From Octopus bimaculoides (taxonomy: Eukaryota): a stretch of DNA of 64,000 nt. The notes under the pieces are model-generated. The model did not search any database, was not told the origin of the DNA, and saw nothing but the letters and a program-made list of their open reading frames with translations. A program made the translations under genes and the position numbers. Shown here piece by piece: positions 24,311 to 38,345 of this stretch. Location: NCBI RefSeq assembly GCF_001194135.2, contig NC_069001.1:30319093-30383092 (forward strand). Direction: 5' to 3'. How positions within the stretch are numbered: position 1 is the first letter of the stretch; each line of letters opens with the position of its first letter.

Positions 24311-24321
24311 TGGGTTAGGAT

Positions 24322-24652
24322 GACAAGTGTTCCAGTTGATCCGATCAACGGACAACCTGCTCAGGAAATTAACGTTAAGTGGTTGAGTACTCCACATACA
24401 CGTGTAACCTTAACGTAGTTTCCGGGTAAATTCAGCGTGACACGGAGTGTGACAAAGCTGGCCCTTCGAAATACAGGTACAACAACATCATGAATAAAGA
24501 ATGAGAGGAAGTTGTGGTGAAAGTTGTGCCGGAGCCTCGTTGAGCTTTAGAGGTTTCCGTTCAATAAACACTCACAACGCCCGGTCTGCGGATGGAAACC
24601 GCGATCCTATGACTGCGAGTCCACTGCCTTAACCTCTGGGCCATTGCGCCCC
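24322..24652 (-). mobile_element. tRNA-derived SINE, family C
   Basis: Reverse complement of the 1040-1431 element, including head GGGGCGCAATGGCCCAGAGGTTAAGGCAGTGGACTCGCAGTCATAGGATCGCGGTTTCC. Confidence 0.85.
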
Positions 24653-25879
24653 CGTTCTTAAAATATACTCACAGTCTAAATGCTTAAATTTATTCAAGTA
24701 AATAAATACACGCAAACTAATAAATTTTAATTCAGTTAATATCTCCATACAGGCGTTCTACTGAAAATGTTACCTAATTGGAATGGACAGTATAAGTACT
24801 GCTTTTATATGTCCAATATAGAGACCACATGATTTTGTGATAGAAGTGTTTGAGTAATATTTTTTATAACTTTACGTAATGCCTGCCGTTTATAAAACAT
24901 ATATCAATGCACTTCCCGTAGCCTTCTCATTCTTTCTTAAGTCAGATAAGCAAACGCTATGTCATTGATTATGAATGTTTTGTTATTCTTATTATTAACA
25001 TCATCATCGTGGTCGTCGTCGTCGTCGTTGTTGTTGTTGTTGTTATATTATTATTTATTAAATTTGATATTTAATTTAGATTACGTATATCAAGCGTAAA
25101 TAAAAATATATTTTGCTTGAAAAATTATCTCGGTGTTTTATCATGATGAGTGTCCTAAAGCTATATTTGTGTGTATATTTTCCGTTCAGATTTGATTTAA
25201 TGATTTAATGTTTGCTACTGTCTTTTCCAATCTGTATAGATGTCTACTTTCTTTTCATATAAACTATAATAAAGACCGTTGGTTTGAATATAGGATTTTA
25301 AATCTTGTGATCTCCAAATGAAATATGATGCAATAGGATCTAATGGTATTTTATTTGACGCCAGTTCGTATTATGAAGATTAATTTTCTGTGAAGGAACA
25401 ATATATTATTTCCTAAATTAGGATGCTATACAACTTTTAAAGAATTATGGCGTAAGTTGTACATCCCGAAGAAAATCTAATATTTCATTAGCTCCGATAT
25501 GGCGTCAACAGCACAACTACATATATCTATCTTCTTTAGTTCAATTCGGAGGATCAACATCTGAGGATTTATCTGTTCGCACAGTTCAACCTATTGTCTC
25601 ATTATATTGGATATATCATATACTTTTATGATGTTTACCAACAGAAAACATATACATTTTCAAACCGTTACGAGTTTGGTTTCTTTCAATTATTTAAGTA
25701 ATTAAATAATGTAAAATTATTGACAACAGACAATTGATTTTAAGAGATATAAAACTTAATAGATATGTTTTTGGAATCTTCCATTCAACGTTTCTCTCTA
25801 TTTATCTCCCGTTGAATATATCCATATGGACGCTTTGCAGATCCATTCATTATAATTATCCTTATAAAAATATTGGGTT

Positions 25880-26380
25880 CGTATTTTGGCAGAAAGCCCA
25901 AACTTTTGGTGGGAAGGGGTCAAATCGATTACATCGACCCCAGTGCTGAACGTCTGCTTATTTTATCGACGTCAGAACGAAGGTCAACGTTGACGTCGGT
26001 GGATATTGAACTTAGAACGTGAAGGTGGGACTAAATGCCTCTAAGCCTCGTGTCCAGTGTGCTAGCGTTTCTGACAATCTAGCCTGAACGACCTCGGTGG
26101 ATATTGAACTCAGAACGTGAAGGGAGAATCAATGACACTAAACATCTTGTCTAGCGTATTAAGGATTCCGCCATTTAGCCGGAACTACCTCGGTGGATAT
26201 TGAACATAGAACGTGAGTGGGGACTAAATGCCACTAAGCATTGATTTTGTCCAGCGTGCTAACGATTCCGCCAATCTAGCCAGAACGGCCTCGGTGGATA
26301 TTGAACTCAGAACGTGAAGGGAGAATCAATGACACTAAACATCTTGTCCGGCTTGCTAACGATTCCGCCAATCTAGCCTC
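25880..26380 (-). repeat. SINE family B copy whose head is amplified into four ~98-bp tandem units
   Basis: Units start with TCGGTGGATATTGAAC at 25996, 26094, 26190 and 26291; units 1/3 and 2/4 are the more similar pairs. Confidence 0.88.
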
Positions 26381-26399
26381 ACTGATCCTTATAAAATTA

Positions 26400-26615
26400 A
26401 CGGTTTCAAAATCTGGCACGAGGCTAGCTCTTTCGGGGGAAGTGTCAAGTCAATTACATCGACACCAGTGCCCAAACAGTGCTTATGTTATCGACACCTC
26501 ACGGATGAAAAGCAAAGTCGATCTTGTCGGAATTTGAATTCAGAATGTAAATACGTACGAAATGCTACTAAGCATTCAGACTGGCATGGTAACGATTCTG
26601 CCAGCTAGCCGCCTA
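26400..26615 (-). mobile_element. SINE family B, full length
   Basis: Reverse complement of head, core and tail 3. Confidence 0.8.
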
Positions 26616-27904
26616 TATGAGAATATCAAAGTTTCGCAACACAGTCATAACATTGGTTATATGGACCTGTATATGTAATTGCACGTTTTAATAGGTACAA
26701 GTCACGTTACATATTTACATGTATATTCTACGAAACACTTCGTATGCACACATACGTACTTAGCGATTGCGGAACAATTTGTTGACGTAACAAACGGTGC
26801 GAATTCATCCGTGAGGTGGATATGGTAGAGCAAAATACATACGTCCATCATAAATGTGGTAGCTGGACGATGGGATATAACAATGTGGAAGCACAGACCT
26901 TAACAGAAGCTTCACCGTCCGTAAATCGGCCGGTTGACCTTGCGGCCCTTATAAACTAATAAGCTACTACAAATAACAAAATTGTTTCGTTGACTGAAGA
27001 AGTTTTAACGGAGTCCTGTGGTGTCAACGTAGAGAGTAAAGGTTTATTCACAAGCACCGTAATGTTTCAGCAACAACTAACGCAACACTCTACCTTTGAA
27101 AGTGAAATACATTTCTCTTTAATCAAAACCGGCGACATTGAACGGCATCTGAGGAATACGCATCAGACAGAAAATGAGCGAAAGTGAAACTAGATTCGAT
27201 AGACTGATTGCTTGACGCATCATCATTGATGTAGCTTACTACAAAAGAACTTTCAATAAAATTGATATTAAAATACATATTTCGGCCTCTGAAATCAGAA
27301 TACTTATGGCAGTAATGCAAAGTTTTATTACAGTTAATAATACTGTTGAGATATTTACATTTCATCTCAGTAAAAAGAGAAATATATGAAAACAATTATC
27401 GAGACTACACAATTTTTAAAACGATAGCTTCTTATTTAATTGTGTATTACGTGGATGCTGCCACTACAATAAGTTTGTACTTCCTCGCATTTGTTTTTTC
27501 TTAACTTGAAGCCCATGAAATGGATGCTATGGTTACGACGTGATCTGCAGAATATCTAGATTTCTCGCCTTTTATGCGGACGTAAAGACTAGAAAGATGA
27601 AAATATTGATAATATGGTATGTGTACACAATGATAATCTCATTATTCCGGAACAGCAACGAATTTCGAGGTAGAATACGGGAAATAATTGAAGAATTATT
27701 TGGGAAACAAAGCTGCTATATTTCAAGATGGGAAGATAGAACAGAATGTGCCATTATCCTAGGTTAAGCTTTTACAAATAAAGAACTATGGTTAATCTCT
27801 CCAAATATAACCAAGTCAAAATAATAATAATAATAATAATGATAATAATGAGCTGCTTCTCATTTCTGAGAGCTGGAAACTCATGGAAAGTGAATATTAA
27901 TTTA

Positions 27905-28055
27905 TTTCTGCTCTAGGCACAAGGCCTTGAAAATTTTGGGGGAAAGGGGTAAGTTGATTATATCGACCCCAGTGAGTAACTGGTTCTTATTTCATCGAAC
28001 CCGATTGGATGAAAGGCAAAGTCGACCACGGTGGAATTTGAACTTTCTGCCAGCT
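27905..28055 (-). mobile_element. SINE family B, headless, tail 2
   Basis: CTCTAGGCACAAGGCC...GGATGAAAGGCAAAGTCGACCACGGTGGAATTTGAAC. Confidence 0.8.
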
Positions 28056-28329
28056 GGAAACTTAATATTAATAATAATAAAAATCGGAATTGACATGGGA
28101 GGATTTGAAAATTGATACTTGGGTGTTGAAGGTCTCCCACGGTAATTAATAACGAAGTATCGAAGCTTCTTATGTGCGGAAAGAGACTTCTGACAGCAGG
28201 CTGCTGTCTACTCTCATAGATTCTACCGGAGCAAATAAAACCGACGGCTTTGACAATTAAAACAATAATAAGTAAAGTTGTCTTGTCTACTATTGCTGAA
28301 ACCTTGCCGGTAGAGGGCTACCCGAATGC

Positions 28330-28480
28330 ACCAACCGCGGTGTTTGATTGACATTCATCTTATCAACACCAACGTGATAAATTCAACGCCGATCAAGGCG
28401 GAATTTGAGACCGGAACGTAAAGACTGTCGAAACACTACTAAGCATTTTGTCAGGTATGGTAAAATAATCTGATATTTCG
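28330..28480 (-). mobile_element. SINE family B, degenerate
   Basis: GGCGGAATTTGAGACCGGAACGTAAAGAC...CTAAGCATTTTG matches the head. Confidence 0.55.
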
Positions 28481-29238
28481 CTGCAACTATAATAATTATT
28501 ATTATTATCATTATTATTATTATAATAATCAGATGATTGTGAAAACATTCAGGCATATTAATAATTTATAATAGAGAAACACAATCAAAACATTTCAATA
28601 ATACTTTCCAAATTTATTTCAAATGAAAAGTTTGACTAAAATCTGATTTTCTTCTTTTATTTTTTTTCTTAGCTTCTTAGTTTCAATAACAACAGTAAAC
28701 ATAGAAATAGCACCAGCAATGTTTCCAATTAACTTAAACAAATATAAAGGTGTAAAAGTTTGAGATTCTTAAAACCAACTTCCTTAAAATTAATACTCGG
28801 AACTTAAATCTAAATTAGTTACATCATTCCCCACTAGATGGCGTTGTTTCAAATTTTTTCTTGGATTTTTTTTTTCTATTAATCGAATGATTTTAGTAAA
28901 TTAGTGTAATTGTCTGTATTTAATTGAAATCTAGTACTTAATTAATGAATGTTGTTGATTAATTAAGGTAGATAATTAGTTCTATTCTATTAAGGACTGG
29001 ACTTAAATAAAGCAGTAGACTTGAGATGTTTCGTATTTGCATTTGTAAACAAACACTCACATATATACATGTATATATAAGTATATATATATATGTAGAC
29101 ATTAAATATATATATATATATATGTATATATATAAATATACATACGTACACACATATATATATATATATATATATATCTACAGTAATATATATTAAGACG
29201 TGTGTACGAATATATATGTATATCTATCTATCTGTATG

Positions 29239-29308
<70 letters not shown>

Positions 29309-29310
<2 letters not shown>

Positions 29311-29900
29311 GGGTGCGATGAGTAAATTTTCGCCATTTTATATTTTCAATTACGTGTATGTGCATTGTTTGTTTTTCATTTGGTCGACTACACAATATAG
29401 TAGGGTCAGTTGGGTACCGTCTTTAAGAAAGAGTATTATGACGCAATCACTCTACTAGAAATTTACAAACGACATGTTGTAATGCTTAGCATTCTCGCCG
29501 GAATGTCCAATACGAATATTTCAGAGTGTTTAGGTGTCAGTCGGAGGAGAGTGCAATCACATGACATGTACTGAGAGGTATAAAGATCAAACATCCAGTC
29601 AACCTCATGGTGTTTGGATTGATCACTTGTGTTGGCGATGTTATGCCTCCATGCATCTTCAATACCGCCTCAGACCCAACTCGGGGGCCTACATCAAGTG
29701 TCCGGATGAGGTACTGCTGCCCTGAGAAGGCGATAATCGTTAGCAGTCATAGTACAATGACAGGAAAACCATGAGAGACAATCTGTCCCATGAGTTCGCA
29801 GCGCAATCGTTCTGTTTCTGTGTCTCAGGAGAAAATAGCCACTGTGAAGCGCTTGCCTGTCAGTCTGGTAAGGTGTTCGCTGCGAGCTGATTTTGGTGAA
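29309..29900 (+). mobile_element. maT/DD37D-like Tc1-mariner remnant, internally deleted
   Basis: CAGGGTG terminus after (TA)(CA)n. YKRHVVMLSILAGMSNTNISECLGVSRRRVQ (HTH, from 29464) is joined to IKHPVNLMVFGLITCVGDVMPPCIFN / RLRPNSGAYIKCPDEVLLP. Subfamily call is from motif memory. Confidence 0.75.
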
Positions 29901-32345
29901 ATAACACATTTTCTTGTTCTCCATGACAGACACAGTGGATGTTATTTTTTCTTACGGGTTCGAATATACCCCAAGCATATTTGAACTGGTAATAACCATG
30001 TATTTATACACAACACTGCTTAGCGCTGCCACCTTGTGATTCAAGTATTGCTCTGTTTTATATATTTTCCCAACTTAATCTATCTTAAATATTTAAAAAT
30101 TATCGCATATAAGTGGCTGTTAAGGTAGCAATGCTATTGTACTCCGTCATAATAAAATAGGTAGCTTGTTGGTAATTTTTTGATTAAATTATGCAAGTCC
30201 ATTCTAGATAAGACAATATACAGTTCGATTCGTCTCGGAGAATATCTGTGATATATACACAAGCAATATCCACCATAGGCATGTTTTCTAGCTATTAAAC
30301 ATAGGAAACACAGGATGATGAGAAGCTGCAACGTTTTATGGAAAGCTGATGATGATATTGCTAGTGGGACTGCTTTGCTTTATGCCTAATATTGTAAGAA
30401 TGTTTGGGATAGGTTTTTGAGAATACTTCTAACAACAATTATCAGTTGAAGGCTCAGGAACAGCTAAGCCGGCTCTTCTGCACGCTCTGCTCACCCTATG
30501 GCAAACTGTGATGTTATCAGTTAAATAAGGTGTAGTATTTATTATCTACATTTTATTACTGCAGATGTTACGAATGATTATCTCAGACAAAATTTTAAAA
30601 TGTATAACATTTCTATTAAGGATGCTTACTTTCAGTGAGAATTATATCACATTTAGTTGTATATTCATTATAATCTGTAAAATCTATTAGGATTACATCA
30701 GGGATATTGGCGTCGATGGACTCGCGGCCAAACTAAATTTCAAACGGACAAACTAAATTTCAAAGTTCGATTGGATTTAAATTTTAAACGAAAACTGCTG
30801 GAAAATTAGTTAAACTTTTATTTCTCAGACGCCGCTCTAATGGTTCTGCTTGCTTCGTTCTTTAATATTTAGATTAATAATTGTTTTCTTAAGGAGCTAA
30901 AGCCTACTGAGCATTATATCACGTTTGGTGAAACATATCTGTTATATTTTGTAGAAAATATTTTAGCATAAGCATCATATACACTCGCCTTCTAAAAGAA
31001 TTTCAAGTTCTCATAAGGCATTCTAAGGTTAAAAAAAGTTTATAAACGAAATACCTGAGACATAGAACATAAATTAAATTGCTACTATTTAAAATGAATT
31101 AAAACGGCAACATTCTATTATTAAAAGTCTGACGAGATAATAAGGTGATGAGTGTAATAAATAGAATACGTTCGAATATAAACGTAATTGATTGATAAGA
31201 TTAATGAGCCGTAACGAAATTTCCCTTGTATATAATGCAGCTGCAATGTTCCCCACAGGCCAATGTATTATGAATTATATATTTTGATGCATAAATATTC
31301 TGAGCGAGAGAGAATAGACATTTGATTGTAAATGCAATGAAGCTTAATTAGACCAATCTAAGTAATTATACAAATTCAGCTATTGTAGTACCCATATTTA
31401 TTGTCTAGCAGTTTTTAACACCAACTTTCAACTTCATCAAGTGTAGAAAGAAATATTTTCTTATTTAGAAGTTGTTATCATCACTTCCAGCAAATACAAC
31501 ACTTCTGCTGGGTGTCGATTGTATGTATACATGTATATAGCATTTAAAAACAAATTAAAAACAAATTGGTAACTTCGTTGTATTAACATTTACTAGTGAT
31601 GGTATCTCCATCCAAAGAAGCTTATTAAAGCTTCATGACTGAAGGCTAACTTCAAACAGAGTGGTTGGTCGGAAGAGTTCCTGTAGTACCGGATGATACG
31701 GTGTTAATTACTTAATGGGTTGTAGCTTCCGATTGTTGGTGTTTTGCACGGTTAAGCGCCCGCCGGTCTGATGTTTCAAGGTCCGGCGTCTGAATCCGGT
31801 TCACATTCTATTGAAGCAGCCAGATGAAATTTCCCTTTCTGAAGGCATTCGTTAATTAATGCTTGTCGTCTTTAAAATGTCTATCTTCGATAGGATTTAC
31901 AATAGGTCCGCTGTATTAATGTTAGAAATTGTTTTCCTTTCGATATATTTATCAGTATATTCTAAAGGCTACCGCAGCAATATAAGATAATCTTGTGACA
32001 CTTCGTTAGCTGCCATACCTACCAAATTAAACACCAGCGTTCTATTCACCATATGGGATAATATAAATTCAAAATCTATGAATGAATGGGTGGCATATCT
32101 TAAACTAAATAGTTGACATATGTTTTATGACGGAACATTCTCAATTCCGTTTAGGCACCTGATTATAGAGATGGTATGGATTTGGTATGTATATTCGCCT
32201 ATACTGTACCTATTACTGAGGAACTAATAATTATATCTACGGTAGCGAAAACACCTAAAGAATTAATCACCCATTGTTGAACATAGGAACATATAGCTTT
32301 CGCAGAAAGCTTCCTTATCCAAAGTTAATCATTGCGTATGAAGTA

Positions 32346-32558
32346 TTGGGTTGTCCGGAAAGTTCGTGCCGATCTATAGTAACTTACCTTTCGACTTATT
32401 TGCCATGAAACCACCTCAATTCTAGGAAGTGGGTATTTTCAAGTTAAAGGAAAGATGGAGACGCATTGTGCAACAAGGTGATTAAAAATTTAATGGCAAG
32501 TATTTATTGACCTTTTTCTTTCCTTTTAAAATCGGCACGAACTTTCCGGACAATCCAA
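32346..32558. mobile_element. mariner-derived MITE, 213 bp, 28-bp TIRs, TA TSD
   Basis: TA-TTGGGTTGTCCGGAAAGTTCGTGCCGAT ... ATCGGCACGAACTTTCCGGACAATCCAA-TA with one mismatch; internal FKLKERWRRIVQQG transposase C-terminal relic. Confidence 0.95.
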
Positions 32559-32609
32559 TATAATAACGTTACATCTCATAAAAATTAATAATGCCGAAAC
32601 TAATGTATG

Positions 32610-32745
32610 TTGGTTTCAAATTTTGGCACAAAGATAGCGGATCTGGAGTAGGGACTTAGTCGATTTAATTGATCCCAGTGTTCAAATGGTACTTGTTTTA
32701 TCGACTAATACTTAATTCATGAAAGGATTGAAGGCAAAGTCGAAA
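32610..32745 (-). mobile_element. SINE family B, 3' part
   Basis: GGTTTCAAATTTTGGCACAAAG...GGATTGAAGGCAAAGTCGA. Confidence 0.7.
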
Positions 32746-34269
32746 GCTTGTTAACTATCACTATGAGATGAACACGATCAGTGTTTTCCTCGGTGGTAGC
32801 AGTTGCAGGATGTCAGATGTTGGTTGTATACAAGATTCTCTGTTTCCCTCCTAAATTCAGCTCCCTACACTTGCATTGTGCACAGAGCTGGAGCATCTTT
32901 CCCTGATGTAGCAACTATATCAGCATAAACATCTTTGGGTGTTAAACCCATTTTCTGCGGATAGATGTTGTTAACAACGCGATGCCAAAATTTATTCATT
33001 TTCAAGAGGCGTCACCACTACTCCCTTTTGAAGTCTTCTTCGAACAATGAGATGTCGGTTTACATGAAAAAAACAAAACAAAAACAATGAAGTTGTTAAA
33101 AAGCAGAGTTGAAAATAATGCACCCTAGATTTCACATCATTCTTTCATATCCAGCCTATGAATATTTCAGTTCATTCTTGTCTGATTATTGGAATGAGAA
33201 ACAGTCAGCCGACATCTTAAGAGATGCAAAGATAACATCACCTCACGAGCAGATCCTGATATAGTTTCCCTCACTGCTCTGGTCAAGAATCGAAAACTGT
33301 TGAGGCAACTATCTCATATAACTGCGCATTCCTCCGTAGGCGGAAACAGCGGGAAATTATGTAGTTGATTATAATTTCCAAATGCATAATTAATGAAAAT
33401 AAAACTTCTGTCATTAAAATTAACCATTGACATGTGTAACAAGATAAAGGTCCCCGAGTTCATGTTGCAAATATGAATTAAATAACAAATATGCCATTTT
33501 GAAGGGAAATTGTGGTGGGTGTCTCATGAATAAGCAGCTGATATGCTCTTCTGGCCAAAAGAAAAACAAAACAACCTACTGATAATTAAGGCATATTTGC
33601 GCCGAGAGAGATTAATAACTACTATATTTGTATCTAAAAGTCAAGTTACTAATTTTACTCCTAAGTGAAAAACGGTTGTTGTGATAATGGAGTGCAACTA
33701 TGGACTGGTTGCATAAATGCGTTTACATTAGTTAGAATATTTATAACATTACTGAAGATCAATGCACAGAGGACACTCATTTTGGTGCAATTTCTGCTGA
33801 ATCGATTATTCAATATGCACCTTAGAGGAAGATATCGATTTCAGAAAGATTTTCGAAATTTGTGAAGTTATTGCTGACACATACCATATGTCAGAAAGAG
33901 TTGTGTTTGCCTTCGCTTCGGCTTTTACGTTCACATTAGTAGATTTGTTCGTAGTTATGGACATTAGTTTAAAGATATTTTGTCCTTCAATGAGATTCTG
34001 TCTTGTATAGATTCTCTAACAAAACGTATGATATCTTTGAAATTTCTTTATTTTCCTAACATACATACAGCTTTGTATTTAATAAGCATTAATTACCTAT
34101 TCTGTTGTTCACGTCGGGATAGATTTTTGATTATATGGAACAAAATAATTTGCAAATTACAAATATGTGTTCAAGTAATATCTCTATAGTAAATTTCTAT
34201 TTCCTTAGAAGTGTTAATTATTAATTCCGTCAAAGATTTTTCGATCGATGTTGTTGAAAGTTGTTGACT

Positions 34270-35177
34270 CGTCGTTATATAACGCTGTGTGGAAAGGAGC
34301 CCCATCTTACGTGAATAAAAACTCATTTTTCGTTATGTTATCGTGTGAATAACTCGGAAGAAGTCCTTGTCTAGGTATTTTGGTGTATTTCTCAGAGTTT
34401 ATGGTTCCAACACATTCGATCAGCTCAGAACGATAATTGCTGGTGACAGCTCCCTATACCGTTACAGAGATACTGCCATGTTTCACAGTTGGTTGGAGTC
34501 GTTTCAAATCAAATTCTTGATTGGAAAGCCTCCAGACCCAAAGACGTCCACTGTCTGAAAATAATGCAAATCTGGATTCATCTGAGAAAATCACTCTATC
34601 ATAAAGTGAACTGAATTTTTCTGATATTTCCTTAGCCCATTTCTTTCTTTCGTGATATTAATTCGTTGGAGAGGTTTACTTTTAGCTAACAGTCCATAAT
34701 AACCAAGCTTATGTAGATATGTAACACACGTTCTTGGACTAACTTGTAGCTGTTTTGCAATGTCAGAAGCTTTCGAACGGTGTTCGTTTTCCACAATTCT
34801 CTTCAAACAGTGAAGCTTCCTTTCTGAGGGCCCAGGTTGGCCGGGACGAGAATCTGTTGATTCTTTGCCTTGGCTTTTGAATTACGCTGTAATTCTATTA
34901 CAAGCAGCAAGAGGAATTTGAAGATTTTTGATATTTTTTCCCTGTCTAAGACCAGCCTGAGATTGCCCAACAATACGACCTCTTTGAAAATTGGAGAGTT
35001 CTGCTGAATTGTTTTTTGTGTGGTATAGTTAGTCTTCGCAAATGTTTAATATAATGGCCCCTGGAATGAAAAAGAATAATTACATTGTAAATTCTACACC
35101 GCTGAAAATATTAATACGCTTAGATCACAAATTTTGAAAATTAAAGGTGTCCATTTACTTCCTGCACGTCGATATAC
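34270..35177 (-). mobile_element. Tc1-family transposon, pseudogenic transposase
   Basis: KRIVENEHRSKASDIAKQLQVSPRTCVTYLHKLGYYG, then VIFSDESRF (34568-34594), QPTVKHGSISVTV*GA and DGAPFHTA (34284-34306); TA-bounded terminus near 35175. Confidence 0.9.
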
Positions 35178-36289
35178 ATACATATATATGTAGGGAGGAT
35201 GTATACAGTGATAGACATATATAGACACAAAGAGAGAGAGAGAGAGAAATAATGCTATGTATTTATGTATGTGGGTTTGTATGTATGTATGTACGTATGA
35301 GTACAGGTGTTATTGTTAGCTTCAGGTAAACTGTTATTCTTTATTTTTGACGGAATAATATTTTCATTACAAAATGAATAAGTTGCAGCAAGTAAGTCGG
35401 ACTTAAATATTTGTCGGGCAGTTTAGTAGAAGAACGTTATTATTATTAAGGAATGAATGATATTTTAACCTAAAATTGAGAATCAATATATGTACATTTA
35501 ATTCACTCAAACAATCCGACATTGGTATTACTTCAATCATTATGCTCACGTCGACCTTCCATTGTGTACTTAACAGCAGCTGCGTTCAATCTTCTGTGTT
35601 GATTCGTCACGATCAGTGTTTTGCCTATTAAAGCATAGTAGTTTAACTTCCATATATTATTCATAAATTTTCAATTAACGTGGAGGGATTTTTTCTGTAA
35701 ATTAATGCAATTTATTTGAGACGAGATATTGTAGCAATAAAATTCTGTAGTAATATTTAAGAAATTAATCATAATTTTTTTTTTCATGTAATATGATGTC
35801 ATTCGTCATGACGTTTGATCTTCACAAGTGTTTTGGTCATTCATTCTCATATTTTGCTGCAAATACATTATATTATGTTCCTGTTAGTGCCATATTGTCT
35901 AGAAATATGGGATTTAATGACCGCAAGCTATGACTCAAAAGTGTATAAGCTCAATGTGTATTTTAAACTCATATATTTTACACTCATATGAATTTGACAC
36001 CTATCACGTCTACACCGTCTATTCGTATTAACACTGACGTAAACAACACATACAGCAAAAGAGAAAACAATTCGTTAACGTAGCAGACGTACATATAAAA
36101 ATATGTAGCAGACGTCCATATAAAAAATGGGGGAAAATAATAGGAATGACGTACAGTTCCATAGCATCCACAATACAAATAATAAACAAGGAAATATTGT
36201 GTCATCCCATAAATAAGATGTGTTTTATTTATACGGTTTCTATTTTTCAAAATTAAGACGAACAATGTCCTTTATTTTATTAAAATACA

Positions 36290-36470
36290 CTCTCCTTTGT
36301 TTTCTGAAATGCTCTCCCATCTGTCTGGTAGACTTGCTACGCTCCTCTTCCAAAGTTCACTTGCCCATGACGGAAAATACTCCTTCATTACTGTTCTGAC
36401 GTCGTCTAGAGAGTGCATGCTTTTTTACGAGGAATAAGTGATATTCAGATGGGACAATGTGTTTGATTTC
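36290..36470 (-). mobile_element. mariner transposase C-terminal fragment
   Basis: HIVPSEYHLF (APSDYHLF-like) and HSLDDVRTVMKEYFPSWASELWKRSVASLPDRWESISE. Confidence 0.75.
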
Positions 36471-36624
36471 TTCATTGATATCAAAGAAGATTTCATTCGT
36501 CCAAACTTGCGCTAACTTTACAAAGATTTACTGTTCTCGTTTATCTCACAATTTTAAATGAAGTAAATAACATAATTTCTAACAATTTGTTGTTAAGTTG
36601 TTCTTCTTCAATATTAAATCATTT

Positions 36625-36835
36625 CACCGGCAGAATCGTTACCATGCCGGACGAAATACTTCGCGGAAATTCTTCCGGCTCACTTTTAGAGTTCAAGTTC
36701 CACCGATTTCGACTTTACCTTTCATCTCTTCTGTGACAATGAAATATGCACCAGTTGAGCACTGCTGTCGATAAAAAGTATTTCCACCCCACCCCCGACA
36801 AACGTCAGGCTTTGTGCCTTTCTGAGAAAAGAATT
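36625..36835 (+). mobile_element. SINE family B, degenerate full length
   Basis: GGCAGAATCGTTACCATGCCGGACGAAAT...GAGTTCAAGTTCC...CGACTTTACCTTTCATC. Confidence 0.7.
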
Positions 36836-37792
36836 ATTTCTTCTTCAGCATTACATTTATACATTTTCTAACATTCGGGGCGTTATATTTAACGAACATT
36901 GTGATCACCAACATCATTGATTCACTTATACACGTATGAATTTAGGAGCAAATCAGCCGATATCAACGTCATTCCCTGCACTATTTTCCAAAACAATTTA
37001 ACTTATCACCGTTCTAAATAAAGGCTTTCAACGAATTACTCCAACCCCTAAATTTTATAACCAATTTCTCCTCAAACACATCACACTATATTTTAAAGAT
37101 GTCGGGACACCTTTAATGTCGTCTGAAATGCATGGTATTGAAACCGAATTCGTTAATAGCTGTGACGAGTTTGATTTGACTTTGAATCATTCTTTACAAG
37201 CGTTATCTGAATAAGACTATTAAAAAATGGTGTATAATTTCCTTTCGTGAATGAATGTTATGCATAACATTCTGTCCTCCATTTTTCTTGGAATCTTTCT
37301 AGAATTTAAAGTACATTGGTCTAAAGCATTCCGAGAAAATAGTTATCATAATTAAAATCAATTTCAATGAAATTGCGATGTTCTAATTGCAACTAGATTG
37401 ATATAATTATATTATTAAATATAAATACAATTACATCTGACTATTAAAAATGTTCCTTAATTAAAATTAACAGTATAATATAATTTATTCTAAAGAAGAG
37501 TATATAAAAGACAGATTTTATTAGAGACAAAAATGAAAAATACATACGCGGTGTTCGTTACACATGCACCACACACACAAATACACACACACACACACAC
37601 AACACACAAGCACTTGCGCAAATTTATACTCATCGATATGTGCGTAAATGTATACGTGTATATATATATATATATATACAATATTATAAATTATAAGGAG
37701 GCTTTCACAATTTAAACCAAAAGTACGTACTAATATATATGGATATAAATGTATTTATGTATATGTATCCAGTGAGGGAGAGAATGAGCAAT

Positions 37793-37853
<61 letters not shown>

Positions 37854-37879
37854 CTTTATTCCACTCTTCGTTCTTTCGT

Positions 37880-38345
37880 TCCCCCTCTTTCACATTTCCT
37901 TGAATGGACGAATTGGCCTTTCCTCATTACATAGGACTTGTATGGAATGCCACGATGTACCCCAGTTCTGATAGTCCACTCTGACACCCGATGCTCTTTG
38001 GCAATGGACCTCATTGATCTTCTGGGATTTTCATCGATAATTCCTACACGATATGTTTTGGCAGAACTTCACCCATGCCATGCAAATCGAAAATTTGGTT
38101 TGATGTTAATATACGATTGGTGGTGTACAGTTTAATTATGGGCCATCGAAACATTTCCGCATACTCTTCTTATGGCCTTAAGTGACTACTGAATTAAACT
38201 CAACCGGATTTGTTCTTTCTTTTGGACCTGAAAATACAGTCAGCTGGGCATACGTGAATGTTATTTATATTGACATCACCATTAGGTTGTGTACCAGGTC
38301 ATAAATACTGCCGGCGAAATATTAGCACCTGTATTATATAAACGA
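37880..38345 (-). mobile_element. maT/DD37D-like transposon 5' fragment
   Basis: IIDENPRRSMRSIAKEHRVSEWTIRTGVHRGIPYKSYVMRKGQF (HTH); terminus TATAATACAGGTGCTAATATTTCGCC. Confidence 0.7.

Noticed and set aside
25996-26380. CRISPR-like appearance of regularly spaced repeats
   Set aside because: The apparent spacers are homologous to each other and to the SINE-B head; the context is eukaryotic and has no cas genes.
28192-28208. Perfect palindrome GACAGCAG-G-CTGCTGTC
   Set aside because: An 8-bp arm palindrome is expected by chance in 64 kb.
30330-30512. Hydrophobic peptide FYGKLMMILLVGLLCFMPNIVRMFGIGF resembling a GPCR TM6 or signal peptide
   Set aside because: Short, stop-bounded, needs a frameshift to continue, and has no convincing splice sites or family motif.
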